A stretch of 64,000 nt of DNA from Octopus vulgaris. Lineage: Eukaryota. The translations under genes and the position numbers were made by a program. The notes beneath the pieces were generated by a model. The model ran no database searches. It had not been told where the DNA came from and was given only the letters and a program-made list of their open reading frames with translations. This document shows positions 1 through 13,714 of this stretch, one piece after another. The stretch covers positions 3,534,001 through 3,598,000 of the forward strand of contig OX597840.1 in the NCBI GenBank assembly GCA_951406725.2, written 5' to 3'. Position 1 is the first letter of the stretch. Every line of letters begins with the position of its first letter.

Positions 1-96
1 ATCGTCGTCGTCATCATCATCATCGTGATCATTAACATCATCTTTATCATTAATATCATCATCATCATCATCACCTTCATCATCATTAACAACCCT

Positions 97-127
<31 letters not shown>

Positions 128-141
128 CCATCAACATCAGC

Positions 142-223
<82 letters not shown>

Positions 224-231
224 CCATCATT

Positions 232-262
<31 letters not shown>

Positions 263-2150
263 CCTTCATCATCAACATCGTTATCATCACCTTCATCATC
301 ATCTTCATCACTATCATTTATCAACTCTATTACCATCATCATCTTCATCATTATCTTCACATGCATCATCATTAACAACTCTATCATCATCATCGTCATC
401 ATCATCGTCATCATAACCATCATCATCATTATCATCACCATCTTCAAAATGGCGGTATTTGATAGATTTGACAGCTAAGAGAATGGTGTTGAATGAAACG
501 CTGCCGTTTAAAAGTTTCAAGGTGTCAAACAAACAATCAGCTCCACTCCAGCACACGCCCCACTCCACCACCACCACCAGAACCACCATCTCCACCACCC
601 TTAAATCCCCATTATTACCCTCTCCCCCACCTTCTTCCCCATTATCTCCACCCCCGCAAAAATCTGCAATCGGCAGCACAACACCGCTCCTTTCATATAA
701 CTACAAAACCACTAAACTCTGCCAGAAATACCATCGGTGCCAACGCCATCACCACCACCCACCAATGTGGACGACGACGATGATGATGGTGATGGTGATG
801 ATGGGGGAGGTGCTGGTGGTGGTGGTTGTGGGGAGGGGCTACAGTAGTAGTTATATTTGGTGTAAAGATGGTGACGGTGTTGAAATCACGATCATACCGA
901 TGATGATGATGATGGTAATGATGGTAGTGGTGGTGGTGGTGGTGGTGGTGGTGGTGTCGATGATGCCATCACCACATCTGTCATCACCACCGCAATCACC
1001 ACCACCACTACCATCATCATCACCAGCACCACCACCACCACGACTGTCTTTTGCAACTTCACAACTATTACTACTACTACTACTACTTCTACTACTACTA
1101 CTACTACTACTACTACTGCTGCTGCTGGTGCTGGTGCTACTACTACTACTACTACTATTGCTGCTGCTGGTGCTACTACTACTACTATGCCTAGATTCCT
1201 TCTACTATCGCCATCACAACAAGCACCATTAGCATCGGTGTCATCACTACTACAACCTTCACACTAACTACCACCACTACCACCACTAGTACCATTACTG
1301 CCGCCATCATCATCATCATCATCATTGCTGTAGACATAACGTTCACCACCATCAGCATCATCACCATCATCATAATGAACATAACTACTACAAGCAACGC
1401 CACCACCACCACCCTCATTCCTCCCACAACAACTACTGTTGCCATCACGGCTACCATATCCGCTACTACAATTAATCTAATCCCAACTCGTATCCTCACC
1501 GCCAACGCTGTCTTCAACACTCCATAATTAGCATCAATGCCACTACCATCATCATCATCATCATCATCATCATCACCACCATCCTCACTGCCGTCGTCGT
1601 CGTCGTCGTCGTCGTCGGCGTCGTTAGCCCTAATCACCATGAACCCAAGACTAAGCACCACCGTCCTCATCATCATCACCATCATAAACTTCATCATTAA
1701 GACCGTCGTCGTTGACGACGACGTCATCGTCATCTTTATCATCGCCTTCATTATCGTCACCATCATCAGCATCATCATCATTATGATCATCATCACCACC
1801 ACCACCATCCTCCTGATCGTCATCGTCATCATCATCATCACCACCAACACCACCTCCTCCTCATCATCATCGTCATCATCATTATCACCGTCATCGTCAT
1901 CACCACCACCACCACCACCATACTCCTCCTCCCTCTCAACATCGTCAACATCATCACCACCACCACCTCCTCCTCAGCATCATCACGGTCATCATAGTTA
2001 TCATCACCATCATCATCATCATCAGTGTCATGATCATCACCACCACCATCCTTCTCCACCTCCTTCTCATCATCATCATCACCACCACCCTCCTCCCCCT
2101 TCTCATCATCGTCGTCATCATCATCATCATCGCTATCTCCATTACTATTA
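1..2150. repeat. Compound trinucleotide microsatellite / low-complexity tract: (CAT)n, (CAC)n, (GGT)n, (CTA)n
   Basis: Directly visible; the poly-I/H/L/V/S ORFs here are artefacts. Confidence 0.95.
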
Positions 2151-2414
2151 CTACTCCCTCCTTACCGCCATTTTATTAATTGCATTACAACATCTACAAT
2201 CTTCTGTCATCTTCCACGCGCACATTTAACTCCCTAATCAACATTTTGCTCAGCATCCTTCTACTTCTTCGTCTCGTTCTTCCTCATCTGTCGCATATCT
2301 TCCTCTTCGTTGCATTCTTAGAAGAAACATTTCTCTTTGTGCGGTTCTTATGCTGGCCTTCTCAGGGTTTTACGTTCAAATCCCACCACAATGAGATTTT
2401 GCGTTTCATTCTTC

Positions 2415-2607
2415 CCGAGGTCGAAAAATGCCTGGCGGTGTTTTGTACGTCTATACGTTCAGAGCCGAAATCCTGCCGAGGCCAACTTTGCCTTTCATCC
2501 CTTCAGGGCCGAAAAATTAGATGCTGTCAAGTACTGAGGCCGATGTAATCGATTATCCCCCATCCCACCAAAAATTGCTGCTCTCGTGGAAAAATTTGAA
2601 ACCAATT
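2415..2607 (+). mobile_element. Degenerate SINE family A, older subfamily
   Basis: Contains GCCGAGGCCAACTTTGCCTTTCATCCCTTC and CGATGTAATCGA shared with the young copies at 33063 and 57624; different 3' tail ending TTTGAAACCAATTATT. Confidence 0.75.
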
Positions 2608-2634
2608 ATTATCATTAGCAACATCAACATCATT

Positions 2635-2733
<99 letters not shown>

Positions 2734-3261
2734 GACTGATAGTGCAGTGCATGCCATCAAAGTGACACTGGGGTACAAATATACGAAGCCAAGTATACCA
2801 ATCATGACTAACCGTCTGTTTAAGGTATACTAGGCACATGCATCACAACATGGTGATCTCATATCAGGATAAACAGGTGGGGCCCAGTTACTATTTCCAG
2901 CAGGTCAAGTAGCCCATCCCACTCAAAAGGTTCCTCAATAAGGGTTATTTAAGGATGTTGAACGGACCACCCATGTTTCCAAACGTGAATTATCCAAACC
3001 TCCAAGAATTCCTTTCAACTCATGGCTATGATGCTCCCCCACTACTTCTGCTCGTGATCAGAGATGCACATATCGTCAGCCACTAAGGGACATGCTCAAC
3101 TGGTTATGGTCAAACAACTGACAAGCAAATCTGTGGTATTGAGCAGAATATTTGCTGTAGCCCATCTTTTATACCAAGACAACACAATATACCTGATAAC
3201 ACTTCCAATCAGTTAAAATCAGAAGCCATGAGAACCAGTACCTGTGACTGCATCAGGGCAT
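2734..3261. mobile_element. Unclassified ~530-bp repeat embedded in an (ATT)n tract
   Basis: (ATT)n on both sides; its right end (CACTTCCAATCAGTTAA..AGAAGCCATG..CCAGTACCTG) recurs at 44107-44197, again abutting (TTA)n. Confidence 0.65.
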
Positions 3262-3342
3262 ATTCTTATTCTTCTTCTTATTATTATTATTATTATTATC
3301 ATCATCATCATCATCATCATCATTATTATTATTTTTATTATT

Positions 3343-3386
<44 letters not shown>

Positions 3387-3937
3387 TATTATTATTATTA
3401 TTATTATTATTAGAGTTATCATCATCATCATCATCATTATTATTATTATTATCATTATTATTGATATTGTTACTCATGTGTTTGCTGTTGTGGTTATTAT
3501 TATTAGTAATGTTGTTTTTGCTATTACATGACACAACAATAATAATTATTCTTACGATTCGATCATAGCATTCTTCTTTTGTAATATTTATCTCTGTGGA
3601 CCTTGTCAATATCTGGTAAAAATGCTGGGGAAAAAATCAATAAAAAACGATATAATAAGATATGAGTCTCTACTCTCTTGTGTCTAGAACGAACTTCGTG
3701 CCTCCATTTTTAATTAATTAATTAATTAACTTTTCAAAATAGTAAAACCCAAATCAACAGGGAGCTTCGATACTAATTAATACAACCCAACGAAGGATCG
3801 AACCATCTACGCCATTGTTCGACTTGGCTAGAAATAGCAGGAGACTTACTACCTTCAACACACACATATGCGTAAACACTGCTATCTTTGAGTAGTGTAT
3901 GCAATCGTTCGATATTTCAGCTCAAGATATTGCTTAA

Positions 3938-4511
3938 GGCGGCATGCTGGCAGAATCGCTAGCACGCCGGGCGAAATGCGTAGCCGTATTTCGTCTGCCA
4001 AGGTCAACTTTGCCTTTCATCCTTTCGGAGTCGATTAAATAAGTACCAGTTACGCGCTGGGGTCGATATAATCAACTTAATCCGTTTGTCTGTCCTTGTT
4101 TGTTCTCTCTGTGTTTAGCCCCCTTGTGGGTAGTAAAGAAATAGGTATTTCGTCTGCCGTTACGTTCTGCGATCAAATTGCGCCGAGGTCAACTTTGCCT
4201 TTCATCCTTTCGGGGTTGATAAATTCAGTACCAGTTACGCACTGGGGATCAATATGATCGACTGAATCCGTTTGTCTGTTCTTATTTGTCCCCTCTGTGT
4301 GTAGCCCCTTGTGGACAGTAAAGAAATAGGTATTTCGTCTGTCTGCATATTCCGAGTTCAAATTTCGCCGAGGTCGACTTTGCCTTTCATCCTTTCGGGG
4401 TCGATTAAATAAGTACCAGTTACGCACTGGGGTCGTTGTAATCGACTCTATCCCTTTGTCTGTCCTTGTTTGTCCCCTCAATGTTTAGCCCCTTGTGGGC
4501 AATAGAGAAAT
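3938..4511 (+). mobile_element. SINE family A head-to-tail trimer (one tRNA-like head, ~185-bp repeated units)
   Basis: Head GGCGGC..CTGGCAGAATCG; junctions GAAATAG|GTATTTCGTCTG at 4144/4145 and 4329/4330; 12-bp TSD AAGATATTGCTT at 3924-3935 and 4512-4523. Confidence 0.9.
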
Positions 4512-4523
4512 AAGATATTGCTT

Positions 4524-4682
4524 TCAAATTTTGGTACAAGGTCAACAGATTTGAGGGGAGGGTAAGTCGATTACACCGACTTTAGTACCAGTTACGCACT
4601 GGGGTCGATGTAATCGACTTAATCCGTTTGTCTGTCCTTGTTTGTCCACTCTATGTTTAGCCCCCTAGTGCGTAATAAAAAA
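4524..4682. mobile_element. SINE A fragments: inverted old-subfamily tail, then a + strand young tail
   Basis: TTTCAAATTTTGGTACAAGG..AAGTCGATTAC followed by AGTACCAGTTACGCACTGGGGTCGATG..AATAAA. Confidence 0.7.
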
Positions 4683-5525
4683 TTATATTGATTAATATCT
4701 TTATTTATTAATTTATTCAATTATTTAATTATTAATTCGTTCATTCATTTGTATATCTATTGTTTCGCTTTGCTTTCCTGTTGCCTGACTTTTCGGGTAA
4801 CCGCCATTACTATTCGGAGGTTCATGGTAGTTTCCGCCCTCACCATTAACGGCAGCACCACCAAAGAGCATCATCGGTGACTCGACCACCGCCGCCGCCG
4901 CCGCCAACACCACTACTATCTAACATCAGCACCGACACCACGAAAAACAAAACGCCATCCGTGACACCCACATGCTAACACGAAAACCACCACCACCAAC
5001 ACCACCACCAACAACACCAATACCACCAACAACAACAACATCACCACCAACAACACTACCAACACCAACACCACCAATACCACCGACACCACCACCACCA
5101 CCAACAACACTACCAACACCAACACCACCAATACCACCGACACCACCACTACCACCACTAATATATATACTGTTCATACCATGCTACTAATCAAGAACAT
5201 CTACTCCTCCTACTCTTCTAATAGTCGACTAATGCCCTCCCATCTCGCCCTCATCTTTTCCTCCTCCTCCTCCTCCTCTCATTCATCTATTCCTAACTCC
5301 TCTCTGTAATTATCCCTGCACCACCTACCCCGATCTCATACCCGTCTCTGCTCTATAATAAGAGGTCGTTGCTGAGTGGGTGTCCTGTGATATAACACAG
5401 ATAATTGCGGGTTAATCCTGATGCGCTAATACGGATTATGGTTTACGGCTTAACGTCCTATTATGCATATATTTCACACATATACAAACACACACACACA
5501 CACATACATACATACATACATACAA

Positions 5526-5562
<37 letters not shown>

Positions 5563-5581
5563 CATGTATATAAATATGTAT

Positions 5582-5736
5582 ACTCTTTAACTCTTTTGTT
5601 TCAGTGATTTGACTGTAGCCATGCTGGAGCATCGCCTTTAGTCGAGCAAATCAACCCAAGGACTTATTCTTTGTAAGCTTAGTACGTATTCTATCGGTCT
5701 CTTTTGCCGATCCGCTAAGTTACGCTGACGTAAACA
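5582..5736 (-). mobile_element. SINE family B 3' part
   Basis: Reverse complement of the 57900-58060 tail (GACTAAAGGCGATGCTCCAGCATGG..CTGAAACAAAAGAG). Confidence 0.85.
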
Positions 5737-5990
5737 AAACATCCATTTAGATGATACAAAAAAAGAAGGACGGGTCATTCGGAGTTTTCTTTCCTCAGTC
5801 GAGTTCCAGAGGATCTTTGCAATTTCGGCTGGTTATACTCGAGATGGCTCCAATCTGGCCAGCTCCAAAGAAAAACTAAGCTAAGAGCACTAGATTCCTT
5901 GGAAGAAAGCTACGAATGTATACGAAAACAAGGACGGAAGAAACGGAGAATGTTGCACGAATATAAATAACAGAAAATAACAAAATGACG
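5737..5990 (-). mobile_element. Unclassified non-coding repeat family E, copy 1
   Basis: Colinear with 62735-62972 (GGGTCATTCG..GCTCCAATCTGGCCAGC..AAAAACTAAGCTAAGAGCA..TAGATTCCTTGGAA); strand inferred from terminal fragments. Confidence 0.8.
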
Positions 5991-7359
5991 AATTCAATTA
6001 AGCTGGCGTGTGTGGAAGTAAAGCCATATTTTTGTGAGAATATCTGTATGTCGGTATATATATATTTTGACAAAATGACATCCACCCACTTGCTTAATCT
6101 TTTCTTATGAACGCAGTTATACATACACGCATATATAAAATACGATGCACACGTACACACGAACACACACATGCTTGTGTATGTGATGTACGGGCGTGTG
6201 CACATGTTTATAAGAATGTATACACATGTATAATAAATGTGTGTGCGTTTGTGCTTGTGCCTGTATGTTTGTATCACTATGTATACGTACATATGTGTGC
6301 ATATATATATGTGTGTGTGTATACGTGTGTGTGTATGTATATATGTATATGATTTATATTACTTATATATTATATATATTATATATATACGTATTACATA
6401 CATATATACATATATATTATATAACGTATACATATACCTCTGTGGCAATATATGCATACTTATATATATATATATATATACACGCTTATACGCATACACA
6501 CACATATGTGTGTATGTTTGGCTTTGGGTCATTTTTTTCTCTTTTCTTATGCATCCGTCAACTTTTTTCTCTTCATTCTACTTTTTCATCTCCTGTTGCT
6601 ATTTTCTGACATTCGTTCAACGATTATTATTAATATTATTTTAATTCTTATTGTTGTTGTCGTTGTTGTTCGTGTTATTACTATTACAACTACTACTTTA
6701 TTCTTAAGTGTGCAGATGTCTTCAAGATAGATCTGCGAAATATTAGGATTTACTCCAATATATTTGATGAAAGAAACGTTGTATTTTTTCCTACTCCATA
6801 TTCTAGGCAAAAGAGTTCTATCCAATTCCTGGGCTAGAAAGAAAAAACGGTTTTTCTTTTAGGTAGTTACATAAGTCTTAAAAAATGCTGTACCCTAGTA
6901 ATTCAATATATTGTCTTCTCGAAATGCAAGAAGAAGCCCTGGTAACTAAGGCATAGCACCGAAATACACCAAAGAAATATTTTAGCAACTCCTCGAATGT
7001 ACTAATACAGCGTTAAAAAAAGGTGTTAAACAGACGAAAAAAGTGCTTCCATTTTAAAAATAGGTACAACAAAAAACCTTAAACGAAACAACGATGACTA
7101 TATTTCTGGTAACGATAATTTCAATTGCAGCAATTTTCTAAGCATCTTTCATCGAAGAGACGCTGTGGACATAGGTTACCTTCTGAAAAAGAAAAAGACA
7201 TGGGACACGAGTGTAACAAAGGTCAATACCTCTTTGCTCGCAAAATACGTCGAGAAAAGAGCAAGGGAGGATTCGATTATCATTGGACATTTCACGCCCT
7301 CGTGGCTAAGAAAGAGCAGCAGTAGCAGCAGCAGTAGCAGCAGCAGGAGCAGCAGCAGC

Positions 7360-7422
<63 letters not shown>

Positions 7423-7424
7423 TA

Positions 7425-7632
7425 GGTGGAGAACTGGAAGAATTGTTTGCACGCCAGGGAAAATATTTAACAGCATTTCGTCCGATTTTACGTTCTGAGT
7501 TGAAGTTCCCTGCAGGTCCATTTGGTTTTTCATATTTTCTGGGTCGATAAAATAAATACTAGTAGGGGTCGATGTAATCGACTATTCCCTTCCCCAAAAC
7601 TTCAGCCCTTGCACCTTCAGTAGAAAGGATCA
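7425..7632 (+). mobile_element. Degenerate SINE A, old subfamily
   Basis: TACGTTCTGAGTTGAA, GGGTCGATAAAATAA and GGGGTCGATGTAATCGACT motifs. Confidence 0.75.
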
Positions 7633-7638
7633 TTGTTG

Positions 7639-7690
<52 letters not shown>

Positions 7691-7692
7691 GA

Positions 7693-7875
7693 GGCGGAGG
7701 TGTGGTTTTGTGGTAAGAAGCTTACTTCCCAACTGCATAGTTGCAGGTTCAGTCCCACTGCGTGGCACCTTGGGCAAGTGTATCCTACTATAGCCTCGTG
7801 AGTGGATTTGTACACGGAAACTGAAACAAGCCAGTCGTATATATGTGTGTGTGTGTATGTATGTATGTATGTATG

Positions 7876-7945
<70 letters not shown>

Positions 7946-7990
7946 TATCCAATGGCGGTGCCCCAGCTGAAACTGGAAAACATAAACATA
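7693..7990 (+). mobile_element. SINE family B, internally deleted, spanning a (TA)n tract
   Basis: GGCGGAGGTGTGG..GGTAAGAAGCTT..GGTTCAGTCCCACTGCGTGGCACCTTGGGCAAGTG matches the 57412 copy. Confidence 0.8.
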
Positions 7991-8001
7991 AAACATAAAC
8001 C

Positions 8002-8102
<101 letters not shown>

Positions 8103-8118
8103 ATATATATATATATAT

Positions 8119-8326
8119 GTATTAAGGAATGACCCTGACAGGTCGTTCAACCCAGTAGGGGGTGAGGAAGAGGTGAGTTGAACGACCTGTCAGGGTCATT
8201 CCTTAATACTATTGTTGAATATATTATATAGTCTGTGACTATTTCTATTTTCTCACTTGACCGCTGGTTGCAGAAAATTTTTCTTGAATTTTTCTTGAAT
8301 ATTTTTGCTACCCTTATATTGGTTAA
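8119..8326. repeat. (TA)n-embedded ~210-bp unit beginning with a perfect 33-bp inverted repeat
   Basis: GTATTAAGGAATGACCCTGACAGGTCGTTCAAC at 8119-8151 is the reverse complement of 8177-8209. Confidence 0.8.
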
Positions 8327-8359
<33 letters not shown>

Positions 8360-8657
8360 GTGAGTGTGTCTGTGTGTGTGTCGTTGTGTCTGTGTTTGTC
8401 CATCACGACATACACCCGATGTAGGTGTATTTATATCTCCAGAACATAGTGGTTTCAGCAAACGGGACCGATTGAATAAGTACTGCCGTTACTGGATATT
8501 TTTCGTCTGACACTGACATAATAGCGTTTCTAAACAGAGTACGTCCATACGCGTTATTATCCTCCAACAAATACGCCAGTTAATTTCACTTTCGCAATGT
8601 CTTGGCATTAGACAGGGGACGCAGATGGCTATATAAATCTGATACTGTTGTTACACC

Positions 8658-8724
<67 letters not shown>

Positions 8725-8845
8725 TATATTAGATAAATTTATCATACCCCTTATATGTATGTATATATATATATATATAGAGTGAGAGAGAGATAGATAA
8801 ATATATATACACACATACATGGATACATAGAGAGATGGAGATAGA

Positions 8846-8879
<34 letters not shown>

Positions 8880-8926
8880 CACAGCATCCAGAAATGTCAC
8901 CACCACCAACTACAACTACAACAACA

Positions 8927-8973
<47 letters not shown>

Positions 8974-9581
8974 ACTACTACTACAATACCCAAACGATAT
9001 GTATATATAATATATATATATATACACACACAAAAGATATATACATGTCATGTGTATTAGACTACTTTATCCAAAGCGCAAACTTGCAATAAAATACGAC
9101 ACTTTGATTTCTGAAGTTTGTGCTTCACACCTGTACGTGTACCCGTGCGAGTGCGCGCCTCTGAGTGCGTACGCCTATGCTGGCGTGCGTGTGTCGACAG
9201 TTTCCTTAAAGTTTTGTGCCTTCCGTAGTTATATCATTTAATGCTCACGTCTCATATACAGAGGCGAAAAACGACATCGCAGTTTAAATAAGTTTGCCTT
9301 TTAATATATGCGCTGAACCAGCTGCGTCTGACAGCACCAGTCTCAGCTCATATAAACTTGCCGGTTCTCAACTCCTCTGAGGACGGTTCTATGCAAATTT
9401 CATCATACGAAGCTGCTAGTTTATGTGCTGTAGTAATTGATTTGCTTGTCTCCGCAAATTTTCGAAAAACTGAAAACTGAAGCACTGTCATGATGTTGGC
9501 AATTTTCTTCGGGGTAATTGATCTTGGTAAACGGTGATGACTGTTAGCTCTTGACGTTCGTTTGGGTATTGCTTGTTGTTG

Positions 9582-9613
<32 letters not shown>

Positions 9614-9739
9614 GGTGGTGGTGGTGTTTTTTCTGGATGTTGTTGTATGTTGCTTTGGTTGTAGATTTCCTTGTTGATGTTTGGCGTTGTTTGTATTTTG
9701 TTTTTAGCGCTTGCAACTGTGATGGGTTATCAGTAGAAG

Positions 9740-9742
9740 ATC

Positions 9743-9773
<31 letters not shown>

Positions 9774-10190
9774 AATATGGAGGAGGGGGAAGAGGAGGTG
9801 GGGAAGAGAGGGGAGGTGATGAAGAGGGGGGTAGGAAGCGGGGAGGTAGAGGTGAGGAAGAAGGGAGGGGTATGGAAGAGGGGAGGTGGAGGGGAGGAAG
9901 AGGGGAGGTAGAGGTGAATAAGAAGGGAGGAGGAGGGGAGGAGGAGATGAGGAAGATGGGAGGAAGAGGAGGGGAGGAAGAGGAAGAGAGGAGGAAGAGG
10001 GGAGGAGGAGGTGAAGAAAAGGAATGGAGGTGAGGAATAGGGTAGGAAGAGGAAGTGGAGGAGGTGAGGAAGAGGGGAGGAGGAGGAAGTGGAGGAGTGA
10101 GGAAGAGGGGAGAAGAAGTAAGAGGGGAGGATGAGGAAGAGGAGGAGGTGAGAAAGAGGGGAGGAGGAGGATGAAGATGACGATGACGTC
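9740..10190. repeat. Polypurine (GAG/GAA/GGA) tract
   Basis: Almost pure A/G on the + strand. Confidence 0.9.
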
Positions 10191-10304
10191 GACAACAACT
10201 ACAACTACTACTACTTATCCAACGACGACGACAACGATGATAATAGTAGAGGTTCTAGATTTGTATAGTTTTTCATGTTATTTTTATTTATGTTGCAGCT
10301 AGAC

Positions 10305-10359
<55 letters not shown>

Positions 10360-10991
10360 CATTATCATCATCATCATCATCATCATCTTCATCGTCATCA
10401 CATCGCCATCATATCCATGATTTGCATCATCGTTATCATTATTAAAATTTATCATTACCATTATTGATAATAATATAATTTTAATAATAATAATAATAAC
10501 AGTAATATTAACAATAATGATAACGATGATATTGATAATAATTAAACAACAACAACAATAATAATATCTTCAACTCCATCGCCATCATCTCCAGCATTAT
10601 CATTATGGCCATCATTATCATCGTTTAATTTAATTGCTATTATACATCTAAAAATTATGATTAATATTATTACTATTTCTATTATTACTACTACTACAAT
10701 TATTACTACCGTTATTGTTAATTATTAATATTGTCGTTGATATAATTGCAGCATTTCTCAAAAGAATGATCACTTCAGGCAAATCTAAAATACAGTTGAG
10801 ACTCAATCTTCGTTCCCCTTGCAGGCGACATCTTTATTGTTTCATTCAAAGCACCAAAATGACACGCATATAGATGTGTATGTGTGTATGAGATGAAGTG
10901 AGAGAATACACTTCTATATGTTCTCGTGTATAGAAACGTACATATGCATGCATACGTGTTAAATTCATACAAATATATATGTAAATATATA

Positions 10992-11062
<71 letters not shown>

Positions 11063-11224
11063 GAACATGTGTGAGCGCGAGATTGTGTGTTACGTATGTG
11101 CATGTGTATAGACATGTATGCAAGTATACGTGTGTGCATTGTGCATTTTGTTTCCCTAATGAGGAAAAAATTCATCAATAATTATTATAATGTATAATTA
11201 ATTATTTATACATAGATAGCACTA

Positions 11225-11850
11225 CCGTTAGCGTTTTAAACAATGTTTCCTATAACAGTAATATATTTGGCTTTTCGGTCTTTGAGTTCCCATATATATT
11301 AGGAGAATGGTGTACACTTTGATTTTAATCCTATTTCTGAATATAAGAATACGCTGTGTATATTGTCCATGTGATGTTCTTTCAACCGCATATATGTCAT
11401 TTCAATAACATCTAATGTTCAGGTATATACAACAGAGCCTTTGATAGGAATTTTCTATTGAGGTGATAACATAGTATATTAATGCTGATGGTTTCAGATC
11501 TTTGATTGTCGTTACGGGGATATATAAAAGCCTATGTTATCTAAACGAGTACAACTATATTTTAGGGTGTTCTTTTAAGATATATATCTGGTGTTATCTA
11601 TGTTTGACGTGGTTATCACTGAGAGGAAATTGTATGCTATATATTTTTAGATACGTTTATAGCATACGGCGGGTTATACCTGATTATTTTCCTATATCTA
11701 TCTTTTATGTCTTCTGCGTGTATTGCTTGATGTACGTTCCTTTATATGTAAATCAACAACAGGGTTAGCGGCTTTATTGAATATTTACTTTCAGCTGGTA
11801 TGTTTGATATTTGCTTGCTAATGTTATCACTAAGATGTTTTGTAATATGT
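11225..11850 (-). pseudogene. Decayed Penelope-like element: RT thumb/linker plus GIY-YIG endonuclease
   Basis: Minus-strand peptides across frameshifts: IFNKAA, RKIIRYNPPYAINVSKNI, KNTLKYSC, SVVY, QYTQRILIFRNR, YIWELKDRK, which resemble PLE motifs (RKIIWFNPPYS.NV, LSKYIWELK). Confidence 0.7.
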
Positions 11851-12255
11851 AGTTGGCGTTTATAACTCTTATTAATCTATATTTCCTCCATATATGTGCC
11901 TGTATGTGTAGGCATGTGTGTTTGTATGTGTGTATATATTTATATATATACATGTGTGTGTGCGTGTGTGTGTGTTTCAGTTGTGTGTGCGTACGCGTGT
12001 ACGCGCAAGGATATCAGATAAAGCTGTTTAAACGTGCATGAAATTGCGTATATCGGTGTGTGTATAAATGTGATATCTATAGCGTTTGTCGATATATATC
12101 TTTAAATAAGTGCGATATAGAGGAGTGTTTGTTTCTAGTAACAGGTACCGGAAGAGATGAAGTGAAAGGGAGACAGAGAAACACGGGTGAGATAAATATC
12201 GAGGGAGTCAGTTTGAAAGGATTACACGAAATAGAAAGTGTATTGTCCATATTAT

Positions 12256-12276
12256 GGTGATAACGAGGACGATAAA

Positions 12277-12350
<74 letters not shown>

Positions 12351-12720
12351 CGATTACGATGACGATGACGATTACGATGACGATGACGATGACGATGATG
12401 ATGATGGTAATGGTAGGATGATGATGGTAATGGTAGGATGATGAGGACGACGAAGGGGATGATTGCGATGATAACGACGATGTGACGATGATGATGATGA
12501 TGATGATGATGCTAACGATGATAGTGATGTCAACGATGATGAAAATGAGGAGGAGGATGATTTCGACGATGAAGATGGTAACGGTGACGTGAGTGATGAT
12601 ATCACCGATTACGATGATGAGGATGGTGATAGCTACGTCGACAACGGCTATAACCATAATCATGGTGATGAGAGTGACGAAGATGATGTTGATGATGATG
12701 AGGAGGTGGAGGGGTGGGGG
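12256..12720. repeat. (GAT)n/(GAC)n degenerate microsatellite
   Basis: Directly visible. Confidence 0.9.
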
Positions 12721-13129
12721 ATGCTGACGATTATGATGATGAGAGCATGGGGCATTTGATGATGGAACGAATTTTATCGTTATCGTCAAAATTCGAGTGA
12801 TATTCATTATTATTGTTTTTATGAATATTGTTATGACCAGAATTTTTTGTTATTGCTGTATCTGTTGTTACAATATTGTTATAATTATTTTTCATTATGA
12901 TTATTATTATTATTATTGGGTGAGAGAGGAGTGAAGTCGACGTATGACCTACATGAATAATCTGCTTAAAGTGATCAAATATATGTGCGGCGCATTAGCC
13001 CATTCTAGTCACCAAAACGATGCTACCTGAACAGGTGTACTGTGTTCCACGCGTCAGGTGTCGGTCGGTGTCATTGCAAAGCAACGTCAGATGAGGTGAT
13101 TTGCTCAGGTTCTCTGAGCAAGAATAATA

Positions 13130-13197
<68 letters not shown>

Positions 13198-13198
13198 C

Positions 13199-13624
13199 CT
13201 TTAACGTCCGTTTTTGATGGTAGCATGGGTTGGACGGTTCAACCGAGATATGGGAAGCCAGGAGGCTGCACCAGGCTCCAGTCTGATCTGGCAGTGTTTC
13301 TATAGCTTGATGCCCTTCCTAACGCCAACCACTCCGTGAGTGTAGTGGGTGATTTTTACTTGCCACCGGCATAGGGGCCAGAGGTAGCTCGCAACGGCCA
13401 CGATCGGTTGATGCTTTTCTACGGGCCACCGGCTCGGCAGACAGCCAAGTCGGCGCTAGTATCGGCCACGTTTGAATGGTGCTTTTTACGTGCCACAGGC
13501 ACGGGACTCACAACTACAATTCCATTTGATATTTATTTTGATATTCATGTAATTGACTCAATAGCTCTCCTCAAACACAGCAGGTCGCCCGACGATCCTA
13601 GGTAAGCACCGCAGGCCGTCCTGC

Positions 13625-13626
<2 letters not shown>
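13199..13626 (-). mobile_element. SINE-like family C with internally repeated TGGCACGTAAAAAGCACC modules
   Basis: Shares GGTTGGCGTTAGGAAGGGCATC..CTGCCAGATCAGAC..CCGTCCAACCCATG..GGACGTTAAA with the 16882 and 42870 copies. Confidence 0.85.
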
Positions 13627-13713
<87 letters not shown>

Positions 13714-13714
13714 G

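Noticed and set aside
7165-7310. DSIIIGHF, resembling the LINE AP-endonuclease IIGDFN motif
   Set aside because: Single degenerate motif, not enough to call
9348-9716. 122-aa ORF with poly-H/Q resembling a transcription-factor low-complexity region
   Set aside because: H/Q runs come from (TGG)/(TGT) repeats; no recognisable domain or convincing splice sites
13345-13505. CRISPR-like repeat-spacer pattern (GGTGCTTTTTACGTGCCACCGG about three times with differing spacers)
   Set aside because: Internal degenerate modules of dispersed family C (also at 16882 and 42870); eukaryotic context and no cas genes
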